A stretch of DNA of 63,538 nt, the filler included, from Reticulomyxa filosa (taxonomy: Eukaryota > Protista > Foraminifera), in NCBI GenBank assembly GCA_000512085.1. It is 14 parts of 14 records of this genome, joined end to end, with 100 filler letters (N's around TTAATTAATTAA, not from the genome) between each part and the next. Parts side by side here need not be neighbours in the genome. Positions count along the whole stretch, not along the records: positions 40,317 to 53,019 come from ASPP01009188.1; positions 53,120 to 55,155 come from ASPP01019524.1; positions 55,256 to 57,825 come from ASPP01036403.1; positions 57,926 to 59,728 come from ASPP01022649.1; positions 59,829 to 63,538 come from ASPP01050791.1; 9 more parts are not named here. One strand, written 5' to 3'. The first letter of the stretch is position 1. Every line of letters starts with the position of its first letter. The position numbers and the translations under genes were made by a program. Shown one piece after another: positions 50,374 to 63,538 of this stretch. The notes under the pieces were generated by a model. It saw nothing but the letters and a program-made list of their open reading frames with translations. It had not been told where the DNA came from and did no database searches.

Positions 50374-52849
50374 ATGTGGTGGCAGAATAAACCCAAAACA
50401 AGTTGACTTACTCTCAAACACACACAAAAAAAAGAAGGAGTAAATAAGATATTCAAACAAAAAAAATTTCAACAGAACCAATTGTTCAACCGACAGAACA
50501 GTTGAGAAAACAAAAATTCTTTGAAAAGCTTCAAAAAGAAACTGACACCTATGTTTTTTCAGACCAAAGCCTCCTGAACAACGAGAAAACAAGTTTAAAT
50601 ATACAGTTGCAATTGACTTTGGGACGCACGGAACAGCAGTGGCGGTGCGCTCAAAGGAGTTTTGGAGTGAGATTAATAACGGATTGGAATGCAGGAAACC
50701 GACTCGAAAGAAATGGCAACGCTGGTAAAACCAAAACAGCAATTTTGCTAGATCGATCAAATCAAGCTATTGCCTTTGGAAACGAAGCATGGAATTTGTA
50801 AACTAATATGCAACACCTGGCTTACTTTTCTTTACCTCCTTGTTCCCTTCACGTCTAATGATCGTCCACTCCAAACAATAACAAAAAAAAACCGACACAT
50901 ATACAACAAACAGATACGTTCAAAAAATGAATGAAAAAATGGACTGGCTCTTAGTTGACAACTTTAAAATGGGTTTTTATGGTATTGCTGTTCTTTTCTT
51001 GTGTTTGAACAGCGATACGCAAAAGCAACAAAAAACTAACAAACAATAGATGCCATCCGAAAGCGATCGACGCAAGCAGTAGAAGCGAATCTCCAATTAA
51101 CTGCAGTAAACAGAACACCTGTCAGCGCGGCTGCAGTGTTTATTGAAGCTTTGAAGTGCTGCAAAGAGAGTGCAATGCAATATTTATCAAAATTGAACTT
51201 TAAAGCCAGTGAAAGAGATATTCGATGGGTGATTACTGTCCCAGCGATTTGGAGTGAAGAAGCGAAAGGATTGATGAAACAATGGGCTAGACAAGCGGAT
51301 ATGTGGAACCCATCGATAGATGGCCATCAACTAATGATTACTTTGGAGCCAGAATGTGCAAGTTTGTCTATGATGCTTGAAGTGTATAACAACGCGACTG
51401 GATTACAATTCAACATTGGAGATTGCTATTTGATGCTGGACCTGGGAGCAGGGACGGCCGATATGGTGTGTCATGAAGTTACTGGACCATTCCAGGTGAA
51501 GGAAATAGTGAGTCCATTTGGTGGGCCTTGGGGAAGCTCCGCAATTGACTCTGATGTTATTACCCTATTTCAATGTTTATTTGGAGAAGGTAATATGAAA
51601 CAATTTCAAAACTTGTATCCTCAATGTTATTTGCAATTGTTACGAAATATTGAGCACAGTAAACAACGATTTTCTAAGATTCAAAAGAAAAAAGATATTG
51701 CAATACATCGAATTGAAATCCCTTTTGAATTTGATGAGTTTATGCAAAGCAAATTCACCAATAATTTGCAAGAGCTGGTTGCCGATTTTGAATATCTTGG
51801 ACAATCTGGGTCTTATACGACTTTTTATTTGTGTGCACTATGTATACATATACATATATATACGTATGCATATACGCTAAAAAAAATGGATGTAGTTACG
51901 AATATGATCAAGAATATTTGTCTATCCCTTGCACATTGTGGACGACATTGTTTGATCTGAGGATCGACCCCATAATCAAACAAATCAATGAAGTACTGTT
52001 GAAAAACGAAAAAAATTTGAAAGGGAGATTGAAATATATATGTTTGGTGGGCGGGTTTAGTGAGTCTCGGCATTTGCAAGACAAACTCAAAAAGCACTTT
52101 GAGCGTCAATTTAAATTTGTAATCCCGCAAAGACCTCTTTTGTCAGTGATTGAAGGTGCAGCACAATTGGATAAAACCCCTCCCCTTTTTGTCACTTCCA
52201 GAATTTCCAAACTCACCTATGGGATTGGTGCAAGCTGGACCCTCGAACAGGCTCGGTCTCATCCTAATATCAATGTAGATCACATCAATAAGCACAAGTA
52301 TACGTGCAATATCGACTCCCAAGAGTACGTAGATTGTTGCTTTGTCGTTTTTGTCAACAAAGCTGATACCATCAAAGCAGAACAAGTTTTTTTTCTAGCA
52401 TTCTCCATTCTATATTTTTTATGTTACGATTCAAGTCCTTCAATTACACGTGTGAGCAATATATATTTTTTCAACACAGGTGATAGAGCTGACATTCTCC
52501 AAACCAAATCAACTTGAGAAAAATGGATACGTTTCAGTTTATTGTAGTAATAAAAGAAATCCAGGTGTGATTACTGGATGCAAGTTATTAGGAGAAATTG
52601 CAATTCCACTGCCTGAAGATTTCGACTCTGTGCAAGATAAGCTGACTGTTCGATTTTACTTAGGTGAAACTGTAATTCGAGTAACTGTGAAAACTAAAGC
52701 AAATGAGTGCACTGAAAACGAACTGGTTATTAAGTACGAACTCGGATCTGACCAGTCAGAAATCGAACAAAAGGTAAGGTTATATATTTTTTGTATCCTT
52801 TAAAAGCAAAACATGATGAATTATAAAATGTGTGTATCAGATCAAATGA
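50374..52849 (+). CDS. HSPA12-like atypical Hsp70
   Basis: VAIDFGTHGT, KTKTAILL..AFGNEA, WVITVPAIWSEEAK, LEPECAS, LDLGAGTAD, GGPWGS, LVGGFSES, VIEGAA and TYGIG; 1-nt frameshift in a T run near 50662; start codon uncertain. Confidence 0.88.
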
Positions 52850-53019
52850 AATAAAAATGGACATGTACAATTTGATATTACATTTTTGTTAAGTTTTCTC
52901 TTTAAATCAAACTAATTGGTTTGAAACAAGTCATAAGTTGAAATTTTTTTTGACCAGAATGGTGATTTTCGGTTTATTCAAAAATTATTTTTAAAAGAAG
53001 AAAGGCATTATACAGTATG

Positions 53020-53119
53020 NNNNNNNNNNNNNNNNNNNNNNNNNNNNNNNNNNNNNNNNNNNNTTAATTAATTAANNNNNNNNNNNNNNNNNNNNNNNNN
53101 NNNNNNNNNNNNNNNNNNN
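53020..53119. other. Artificial contig spacer
   Basis: N44-TTAATTAATTAA-N44. Confidence 0.98.
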
Positions 53120-53728
53120 TGAATGAAATTTTATAAAGGGTAACGAACCAGGGCAACAATAAGGTTTTTAACTACCTGAAGTGGTAGTTTAAAAGAAGAC
53201 TAGATTTTCTTACTGTCCAGTATCTTAACTAATGAGCAGCTCCTGCGACATGTTGGATTTGGCTGATTAATTTCTGATCTTTTTTTCGCTCAAAAATCAT
53301 TTTTTATTTTTTTGTCATTGATAAAAAAAAACATTTTATTTGCCGATTTATTATTTTTGATCTTTGAACATTGAACTTTTAGTTAATGCTGTCTCTATAC
53401 CAGTATTTGTCTCCGATGAGTGAAATGATCCAACAAATAGGATCATGACCAACATTAGCTTTGCAAAATTTTTTTAAGTGCGATTAGTCCTTGATGTTTT
53501 GAAAAAGTTCGACATAAAAAAAAGTTCATTGCCAATTCGAGCACCGAATTTCATCTCAAACAAGAAAGAAAGAAAAACAGAAGAAAAAAAAAGATTACAT
53601 TTAGTAAAAAGCATCAAAGCAAACTCAAAAACAAACAAAAAACAAGGTTTGTCTTAGACGTTTTTTTTCAAACCTCTTTTACAAAAAAAAAAATGTGCAA
53701 GGGAACAAAAAGTCTCACAAAATAGGGT

Positions 53729-55155
53729 TTATTTTGTAAAGCGTTTCCATCTGGTCAACAGAGCATTCCAAACACGTTCTTGTTCGTTCTTTTCCATATG
53801 TTTCAATTCCGCATAGGAATTTACCAAGATTGGGTTCAGTTCAGGGCTAGCATAAACATCTAACAATTGTTCTCTCAAATCTTCCGATTGTCTCAAAATG
53901 AACGTCAATAATGTTTCATACGCTTCGGCTGTATTCAAACAAACCAATAGGAAGCCAACAAACATCCTTTTGACTAATAGCCCTAATATGTATATATACG
54001 TATATATATAAATTATTGCCTGCAGACACCCCGATCAAATTTGCCATTGTACTGGAACGCCGCCTATGATGCGAGTCATTGCTGGGAGAAGCATCTCCAA
54101 GTTTGGCCGAGCCAACTGGTACCTGTGTCTCGGAGACATTTTCCTCAGCGGAGTAATTTGCTGCAGGAGACTTTGCAGCAGGAGACTTTGCTTCTGCACT
54201 TGGCTGTGGTTTCTCTTGCCCTGTTGTTACTCCGTTTGTAGACGGACCATTTTCTTCAGGCACTCCATTCAGTGTTGGGCTGGAGGGTTTGTCACTTTGG
54301 ACTATGTTCCGGTCATTGTGCAAAAAAAAAAAAAAACTTTCAGTATTTTTTATTCAAACATATTCAAAGTTTATCAACATTAATCAAGATAAATGAATAT
54401 TTTTGGGTAAAAAAAAAACCAACAAACAAAACCATGCCATATCTAACCTGAAGATTGCTTGCGTTCCTAAGTGTATTTATATTAAACATTGAAGAGATCA
54501 AATTCTAAACAAACAAATAAAAAAAAATTCAAAACTTGTATAAGTCGCATTGAATCATGTTTTTTGTAGTCCCGACTTGTCATTTTTCGTCGAATTTTGA
54601 TCGATTTTACAAACAGTGCACGCTTTCCTTCGGTCTGGCCACATCAAAATTTTTGTTTTGTTTTGTTACCTCCCCCTTTTTTTTTCTTCGGACCCCTTCT
54701 TATCATTAAAAAAAAATGTAAACTGTGAAATATCGCTTTCCGCGCACGCTCCCGTCCGACTGACCAATAGAACCATCAATCAACTCTACTCCATACCACA
54801 AACCATTTCCCAGTTCGGGGAGATCACCCACGTATCGAACAATGCCAATGCGGTCTTTGGACATCAATACTTCGTCACCAATTGCATACAAAGGTATTTC
54901 TGGTTTCTTTTTATTTTGTTCCCACAAGTGTTATTTTTGCACTCAGTTTGAAAAATCGGAACATTAAAAAAAATAAAAATAAAAGGAAAAAAATGTGCTA
55001 TTATAATATTTTGCATCTCTCATATTATTAATTGATTGTCGTCAATTAACTTCGTCTTTTGGCCTTTCTTCAGGCTTCTCCACTTCATCATCTTTTTCTT
55101 CGTCTTCTTCTTTTTCTTTCTCTTTCTCTTTTTCCTTTTCTTTTTCTTTTTCCTT
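53729..55155 (-). CDS. CAP-Gly domain protein (3' part)
   Basis: IGDEV...GIVRYVG...GLWYGVEL...GQSDGSVRGKRYFT spliced to TEGKRALFVK; downstream S/P-rich and helical exons end at 53729. Confidence 0.85.
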
Positions 55156-55255
55156 NNNNNNNNNNNNNNNNNNNNNNNNNNNNNNNNNNNNNNNNNNNNT
55201 TAATTAATTAANNNNNNNNNNNNNNNNNNNNNNNNNNNNNNNNNNNNNNNNNNNN
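55156..55255. other. Artificial contig spacer
   Basis: N44-TTAATTAATTAA-N44. Confidence 0.98.
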
Positions 55256-55818
55256 AGTCATCTTTCAATCTCGCTTACTTTATTGAGATTATCTTAAATG
55301 TAAGATCGAAAAAAATGTTTGAACTTTTTTCTTTTTTATCAACGAGGGGCAACCAAACTTAAAAGAGGAAGCAGCCTGTGCAAAATCAAGTATGGTACAT
55401 GACTACGATATGTCTAATATTTCAAAAATGTGAAATATAATAACTATTACGCTCTGTATAATAGCAGATGTTAACAACAATGAACTATAATTATCTTTTT
55501 TAGTTGGTACAAAAGTACACTTGAAAGTCTTTTATTAAATTTTGAATATCTTTGTACTTTGTCTTTAGTCCTAATACTAGTGACATGTTTACATTGTAAG
55601 CAAAATAAAATTCCAGGAAGATCGTTATTCATTAGTTTTTGTTTTTGTTTTCGTGTTTTCTAAAAAAAAGCAGAGTTATGAGTGGAGAGATTATTCAAGT
55701 AAGGATTTTTCTTGCTTCTTTGTTTATCGTATAACAATCCCTACTCTTAAAACAGAGCAAATCTCAAATTTCACAAATATTTTTTTTTTTTCTCACGCTC
55801 TCCGTTGATTTTCTTTTC

Positions 55819-57745
55819 TCAACATAATTTAAGCATCCTTTGTTTTGTGCTCCTTGTTATGATATTCCATTCTCCAAGTAGCACAGTGTAGACCTCCCAA
55901 GCCTCTTCATAATATTTATACGCTCTTTTGTATTCCTTTTTCTTTTCCAATTTTAACCCTAACTTCCACAACAAACCCCCAACGTCCATGTCCCATTTTC
56001 CAAACAATTTCTTTGTAATCTTCAGAAGCTCTTCGTTGATTTCAATTATTTTGCCATCACCTTTCATAGAATGAGCCTTTTCTAAAAAATTGTACGAATA
56101 AACAATCCAACTGTAATTATCTTTGAATACCTCCAATCTAATATTCAGAGCCTTTCTATGACAATCGATTGCTTTTCCATACTCACCGTTGTTACGATAG
56201 CTCACTCCTAAATGATCATATAAATTAGCTGTCCATGCATGATTGATACCAAAAACATCCAAACTAATTTTTAATGCCACTTCATGACATTCAATTGCCT
56301 TGTTATGACATTCTTTATCACGATAAGCAGATCCTAAATTACTGTACGCATTGGCAACATAAGGATGATGGTTTCCAAACGTTTGAATCGAAAGATGCAA
56401 GCAATTTTGCAAATGAACAATAGCATTACCAGCACATGCCATTTGTGTGCAGGAATTAGCTCGATTTTCGAGATATTGGAATTGTATTGGTATATCATGA
56501 TGAATTTTTTTATTCCATTGAATTGGAGAAATGGATGATGTTAATAAAGGATCAATTATAGATTGACTTGTAACAAAAAGCTGCGTTGTAATATTTACAT
56601 TTTCTTTGCATTGGATTTCACATTGAATTGCATAAACATTTCCATCAATTGTTATTTCTTCTAATATTATTAATCTGCTTTTAATAATATATACCCAATA
56701 ATCTCGAAGTTCTAATTTTTGAATGTCATTATTAATTAACCTGTGAAATGAAAATTCATTGCAATTGGTTGTGGTTTTCCAATGCGAAATGTCATTTGTT
56801 ACAACAATTAATCCTTGCTCATTATTATCAATCATCTCTTGCACTATTTTTACTGCTTTAACATTTGCTTTTATCCATTCCAAAGAATGATGCCTATGGA
56901 AATTCAAACTTTCTGGAATGTCTTTATTTATTGATAAAAGATTATTGTCCTTATCATCATCATGTGATCTGGGAGTCAAATAAATACTCAAATGAGTATT
57001 CGTGGAATTAACTCGCATAAAGTCCTTTCTTATATTTTGATTTGAAAGATCTTCTGCTACTTGTTCAAGCATTATTTGAAAACTTTTGTCCATATTGTTT
57101 TCAATACTTTGACAAAAGAGTTTTACAAAATAACTCCCTTTGTTATTGTCATTATAATCAGCACTACTTTCATCCATATCTTCTTTTTCATCATTTTTTG
57201 GAGTGTCGATAATTGATTTCACAAATATAGTCAAAACATCTTTATCATTTATGCATTGCGCATCAATTTGCGCTCGCGTTGAAATGGAATCTTGTTTTTC
57301 TTCGTAATAACTAATTTTTAAAAATATTTTCGGTTTTTAGTAAAATAATCGATATCAGATACAAACTTTTGTTGAATGTCTCCAAAGTATTTAGTTTCAT
57401 TATCACTTGTATATAATAGATTAATGTCATTATTGTCATTGCTTTTGTTATATCCACACCATATAAATATTAACCCATCATAAGGCATCATACCATAACT
57501 TTGTGCTACAATATCTTCATGTTCGGGAAGAAAGTCATTCAAATTATCTAATGTCAATGATTCTGAAAATGCATTTTTATCACAAGTTATAAATACTTGA
57601 TAATTTAGTTTTTCTTTAAAAAGCTTTTCTAACATATGCAAATCTTGTCTTGCATCTTTTACTACATAAGTCATCTTCTATATCTTATTACTCCTGTTAA
57701 TAATACTAGTGGATTTTTTAATTTATAATGCGATTCTTCTTTCTC
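55819..57745 (-). CDS. Caspase-like (C14 fold, apparently inactive) domain + C-terminal TPR repeats; frameshifted
   Basis: KNPLVLLTGV, LF..KLNYQV, YDGLIFIWCGY, LYTSD and (after a 1-nt correction near 57335) KPKIFLK; TPRs such as HPYVANAYSNLGSAY and KAIDCHRKAL. Confidence 0.7.
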
Positions 57746-57825
57746 TGATTTTTAAAATTGTTTCATTTATTATTTTTTAAATTATATATATATATATATC
57801 ATGTATCATCACAAACAATTAAAAT

Positions 57826-57925
57826 NNNNNNNNNNNNNNNNNNNNNNNNNNNNNNNNNNNNNNNNNNNNTTAATTAATTAANNNNNNNNNNNNNNNNNNN
57901 NNNNNNNNNNNNNNNNNNNNNNNNN
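57826..57925. other. Artificial contig spacer
   Basis: N44-TTAATTAATTAA-N44. Confidence 0.98.
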
Positions 57926-59146
57926 ATATTGTTTTTACAATATAATTTTTAGTGAAGTAATATTGGATTTTATTGAATGCTCCATTAATTCAAATGTATT
58001 TGAAAGAAGATATCAATATGTAATAATTATTCTATCTTTACTTTCATTTTTTAATTTATTCAATCAATATTTGTTTGTTTATTTGTGGCTGTGAAAATCT
58101 ATCAATAGCAAAATGTGATCAAAGTGGTTCGAGTTAAAATATTTATTTTATTCTTTTTCTTTTCTAAGCAATTTAAATTCATTTGTTGTTTGTTTTTTTA
58201 TAAAATAGTGTGTTAGAGCCACAAGCAGCAAATTGACAATAAGTCAAGTGATGGAATTACAAATGAAGAGGAAGAAAATTTGGACCAAAAAATTGAACAA
58301 GTGCTGATAACGAAAGCCAATTCAAATATGCTCAATCAAAGATAAAGACTATTTCTACGGAAACAAATACTTCAGATGATTGGGTTATTAACAAACAAAA
58401 AAGAAAAAAATCATTCATTGGAAACAAGAAGAATTTAAAAGTATGCTCGAATATTGGAAGTTGCGGTGGTCAAATAGAAGCAGAAACCATTTTTTTTGAT
58501 TTATTTTTTTTCTTTCTTGTTCCTTGGTTTTACAAAGAAGAGTTTTTATTATTTATACTTTGTAAACACCTTCTTTGAAGCGTCTGAGTGTCTGACAAGG
58601 AAATTGTTTTCCTTGAAAACGTTCATTGAAGGTTATATGCTTTGACTTCTTTGTTATCACACATTTTGTTTTACTTAAAGAAAAATCGTGTAGTTTACAT
58701 GGCAAATCTCACTTAAATATTATTTCAAAAAAGCTCGAATAATGTTCACCAAGCCACTTAGAAAAAACGAGGTTTTCTCAAACTTTTTTATGGGGAAAAA
58801 AAGACGGATTCATTTAATATTAAGATTCTGCTAAAGTTGGCTAGTGAAAAAAAGAAACAAGGAAGCAATTGATGAATTATAGTAAATGTGTTGACAATTT
58901 TTTTTCTATAAAGACTGAGAAGAAGAGAGGAATGGAGACAATATGAGTAAATTAAAATAGCAGGACCAGGTTGAGCAAACTGAAAATTTCGAGTTGATAT
59001 GCAAAAGGAAAGCAAATTGAGTCATTTTGACCGATACATGAGTGTCCTCTCTTCATTTATGATGATTGTTAGTAAAGAGAAGCAAAGGCCAGGTCTAAAT
59101 TTGGATTATATAAAAGTAGTAAGCAGAAGAGTCTGTGCTGAATCAA

Positions 59147-59728
59147 TGTTGTTCAAAGATTTGTTTCTTGTAAACATAGCAGTTGTATAGGAAGCAAGCA
59201 TCATTATGTGAGTGATTAATAAAAAGCGTTTTGGTGGAACATAGCAATAATTCTCATACGTGAGTCAATCTCTTTGGAATTTTGAAAAAACCTAGATCAT
59301 CGTTGGTGTTCTCATTTTCCATATTTTGCTGTTCAGTTTTGGTTTTATCGTTATTTTTTCCCCGATTTCTGCTTCTGCTTCTGCTTCTACTTCTGCTTCC
59401 GCTTCTGCTCCTGCTCCTACTTCTGCTCCTACTTTTGCTCCCGGTTTTACTTTCACTCTCATTTCTATTTTGGCTTGCAACTTTCCCACCACTCCTATCT
59501 TTTGCTCTTTCTTTGGCTCTGTCCTTGTCTTTCTCCCCACTCGCACCTGCCATTCGGTATACGTGGCCCCTATTTATCCACTCTTTTCTTGCCGGCGGAG
59601 CATCATTGTTTGAAGTGTTAACCAAGTGGCCAGCCATAGTGGTGACAGCATTGGCATTGGTATTGATATTTGCAGGAATAGTCACATTTGCATTTGTATT
59701 TGCATTTGTATTTGCATTTGCATTTGCA
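59147..59728 (-). CDS. 3' part of a low-complexity protein with AN repeats and an RS-dipeptide tract
   Basis: (gcaaat)n at 59685-59728 and SRSRSRSRSRSGSRSRSRSRSR; probable short last exon KQIFEQH*. Confidence 0.55.
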
Positions 59729-59828
59729 NNNNNNNNNNNNNNNNNNNNNNNNNNNNNNNNNNNNNNNNNNNNTTAATTAATTAANNNNNNNNNNNNNNNN
59801 NNNNNNNNNNNNNNNNNNNNNNNNNNNN
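59729..59828. other. Artificial contig spacer
   Basis: N44-TTAATTAATTAA-N44. Confidence 0.98.
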
Positions 59829-62800
59829 AATCCCAATATGTTGTCAATTGAACTTGCAATTCTCTCACTCCTTTTTCATATACTTGTTCAAATGTTATAT
59901 TTCTTGGCAATTCAGGGTGACTTCTTCCATCTCGTTTCAATCGAACACATATTTCAAACAACAAAAATATTCGAAGAGCAAGAAATGGAATTGGATGCCA
60001 TCCTTTATCAAATCTTTGCTTTTTACAATTTTCAGGTTTAATAAATTCAACATTTCGACTGGCTCCCCAATACAATAAATTTTTATTCATTAATATACCT
60101 TTTAACCCTTTTTGATTCTTTCCCAACAAGAATGTCGCACCTTCAAGTAATAATGTCTCATAACTTGTATCATCAATCACTTTACTTACACCATCTTCAT
60201 CAATTAATTTATCTTTCACATAGTCAATTGCATATTCAATTTGTTTCATTGGATATATTGTCCGTTGTTTCAATATCCATTTACACATGTTCATCGTTTC
60301 CAAATACACTTGTTCATTATCATTATTTTTATTTTCCTCTTTTCCAATTTTTTTTACCATACATTCAACAGGTGTCTGCAAGGTATTTTCATCGAAGGCA
60401 CCTCCTCGAACATCAATCCATGCACCTTGTTCAATACAATAACGAGCAATATCCCAATGTTTGCTATGTATTGCCAAAATTAATGGAGGGTTTCCATATT
60501 TATTGAATGCTTCATTGATGTCAATACGATGACGTTGCAATGCAAATACCAATTGAGACATATCACCTAATCGTGCTGATTCACATACAACATTACAACG
60601 ATCCTTGTATTCGCTTGTGTCACAGTGAGGGTATGGAATGTCATCACCAACATTCCATTTCTGTTTTATTGGAAATTTCCAGCTAATGGCTTTTGCATTG
60701 CAACACTGTAGTAATTTATTGAAAGCATCAGAATTGATAAGACTTTTATCATTAGAATTAAATTGAATACGAAGGGTAAATATCCACAAACAAAATGCCA
60801 GCATTTCCATTTGAATATCATTGAGATTATTCATTTCTTTGTTTTCATTCAATTGATTTTGTTGTGTGTATTTCTTATCAATCAATTTTTTTTTCTCCTT
60901 TTCCTTTTTTGGGGTATCCCTTTTCAACACACACATTACAACACGTTGCCACATATTCTCTGACATTCTTGACAGTATTTCAATTACCCTATGGTCCGTT
61001 TTCCAGATTTGCGAATAATATTTCGTACATAAATACAATTGCTTGTCATTTAAATTTTCAAGTGTTTCATTTATTCGATATCTATAAAAATCAAGAAAAA
61101 GAGAATTATTGAGACCAAAGGGCAAATATTCAAGCACTTCGTCCATTTGTGTTTCATTTAATTTCAGTGCTATTCCATCAATTACGCGGGCACATAAGTA
61201 GCGAACATATCCATTCTTATCCTTGAGTCCATTAGCCCAAACTTTGAAAGCAGAATTAAATTGTTGTTCATTTAATTTACATAAGAGTTCTTCCAATTCT
61301 TTGACACAATTTGATCCGATACAATTTGGGTCTTTTAACTTATTGAACAACAGCATGAAGGTATCATTGAATTGTTTTTCCTTGAATATTGTCAGAGTTG
61401 TTTCAAGTGGTTGCCTTAATGATAAAGTGTTTTCATCGATTTCATTTAATTTCATTAAAAGTCCCTTAATCGAGTATGCACAATATTTACGAACAAATCC
61501 ATTTTCCTGTTCATCATTTAAACCATCCACCAAACATTTCAAAGCATCATTCAATTGTGATTGACTTAGTTTCACTGCTATACTTCCAATAGATTCTGCA
61601 CTTGACATTCTAACTAATATGTCTTCATTCTTATCATTCAATTTTTTTATTACACATTGAAATGCAATATTCAATTGAATTCTATTCAATTTTTCTACAA
61701 TCTTTCCAAGTGATTTTGCACATAAACATTGAACATTTTTATTTTTATCTTTGAATCCACTGATCAAATATCCAAAAGTTGCATTGATTTGTATATCATC
61801 CAATTGTAACAAGAGTTTTTGAATTGCCTTTGCGCATGAATAACGAACATGTTTATTTCTATCTTTCGATCCTTTCATCGTCAAGCGCACAAAGAAGGTA
61901 TCCAATTGTACTTTATTCCATTGCATTGATGCTGCTGTCAACAAATCAACGCATACTTTGCGTATACGCTGTTTGTTATTGTTTAATCCATCCATCAAAT
62001 TTTGGAAAGCAATATCCAAATATGTATCCTTCAATTTCGTCAAAATGTCTTTAATGAAATCTGTGTATTTCCAATGAATATTTTTATTTAATCTATTCAT
62101 TAAACATTTGAAAGCATAATCGAATTGTACTTGACTCCATTTTATTAGACGTACTAGTAATTCTGCATATTCTTTGTGTACATTTATATCTTTATCATTC
62201 AATTCACACATCAAACATCTGAAAGCATAATCCAATTGTACTTGATTCCATTTCATCGAAAGTTCTACTAGCATTTTTGCATATTTTTTGTGCGTAAATC
62301 TGTTTTTATCTTCCAGTTCATCTATCAAACATTGGAAAGAATATTGTAATTGTTCTTCGTTCAATTCCATTGAAATGTTTTTAAACGATTCTGCGATATA
62401 TGGAGAGTAATATAATCTTCTGCTTAAACATCTGAGAGCAATATTCAAGTGTTTTCCTTTCAATTTCATGGATATTTTTTCAAGTACTTTTGCACATAAT
62501 CCATTGAAAAAATTATTTTCATTATCTAATCCATTGATCAAATATTGAAAAATATCTTCACTCCGTTCTCCCTCATGCAGTTTTATTAAGAGCATTTCGA
62601 GTTTATTTTAAAAAACGTACTGCGTATATTCGAATATTCAGACAAATAGTTGAATGCATCCTCCAAGTATTCTCCACCAAATTTTACTGCTATTGGTACA
62701 AGTAACGTTGCATATAGCTTGTTATTTCCACAATTGAGTCGACTCATCAAAATCGAAAAAACATATTTTGCTTGTTTTTCATTTAATACTGATACTACTT

Positions 62801-63538
62801 TTAAAAGTAAATCTATAGAATCCTCACAAATGTCTGCTTCACTTATTAAAATTTTGATAACAGCATCCAATTGATCTGTTAGTTCCATTAATATTTCATT
62901 GCAGATATAATATATTCCTCGTCGAAAAAGTAGTTCAAAATAGTGCACTAAAATGTTCGGTGTTTTTCTGAAGATATATATGCATGGAAATAGATCATCT
63001 GCGTATAAATTGTCATGTAGAAATAGATTACTTGCGTATAAATTGTCATGTGGTTTGCGTTTAAGTTGCGTAAGTTGAGCAATAGCACATGATTGGATAT
63101 CTGGATGAACAAGAACATACTGTAAAGTAAGCGAGTGCATTTCCATCACATCCTTAAAGTCTCTGTTTTTCTTTAGGATTTTGAAAATATCTAATTCGTA
63201 ATTATAAAATTGGTTTTTGCCAAAATTGATCCAAGCAATGAGCCACGATTTGAATGAATGAATGAGTGCTTTATGACAATCTTGGAGCTGTGATGAAAGA
63301 AAGGAGCTTTCTGTGTCTGCTTTGCAGGCGTCCAAACAGCGCAGGAAAAACATCATTTGATGAATGGGAATGAGTTGAGGTGGTGATGAGTGTAACAATT
63401 TCCAAAAATACAGCAAACCAGATCCTGATGGATCTTTTCCATTTTCAGTGTTACTATATAATATTCCAGCCATAAATGGGATCATTACTGCATATTTCGG
63501 AGTGAGTTGTTCATTGATCAAAATGGAACATACTTCTT
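59829..63538 (-). CDS. Large intronless HEAT-repeat + ankyrin protein with a NACHT-associated helical region (NLR-like); both ends outside the view
   Basis: PKYAVMIPFMAGIL...LLYFWK...HQMMFFLRCLDAC; about 38-aa HEAT repeats (QLD.AF.CL...L.D....VR..CA); ankyrin-like YGNPPLILAIHSKHWDIARYCIEQGA. The two ORFs join with one extra A near 62607. Confidence 0.72.

Noticed and set aside
62990-63052. 33-bp tandem duplication (HDNLYASNLFL / HDNLYADDLF)
   Set aside because: Simple in-frame local duplication with no independent significance.
53120-63538. Apparent immune cluster (caspase-TPR near the NLR-like gene)
   Set aside because: The genes lie on different contigs joined artificially, so linkage is unsupported.

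Overview
AT-rich, intron-rich eukaryotic (protist) nuclear DNA, not a prokaryotic region. Its gene families (expanded WD40 and Kelch-WD40 genes with a 'W..DF' linker, caspase-like-TPR, HEAT/ankyrin NLR-like, CAP-Gly) and TA-microsatellite introns point to a foraminiferan such as Reticulomyxa (inference). The window is 14 contigs joined by 13 artificial 100-nt spacers (N44-TTAATTAATTAA-N44), so adjacency across spacers cannot be interpreted. Recognisable genes are PRPF4, CDC5L, a DNAJA co-chaperone, an RRM-containing RNAi RNA-dependent RNA polymerase, an HSPA12-like Hsp70, an aldo-keto reductase, a metallophosphoesterase, a MYCBP2/HECTD4-like E3 N-terminus, an RPEL-repeat protein, a GPCR-like gene, and F-box/SPRY, WD40 and CAP-Gly genes. 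There are also many pseudogene fragments, a palindromic Tc1/mariner-type MITE family and a LINE gag relic. The most notable item is at 25834-27300 (-). It is a 9-exon gene, spliced by hand to an uninterrupted frame, encoding a eukaryotic SAP DNA-binding domain fused to a prokaryote/phage-type amino-(N6-adenine/N4-cytosine) DNA methyltransferase domain with a variant NPDF catalytic motif. All domain calls come from motif recognition by eye; no searches were run.
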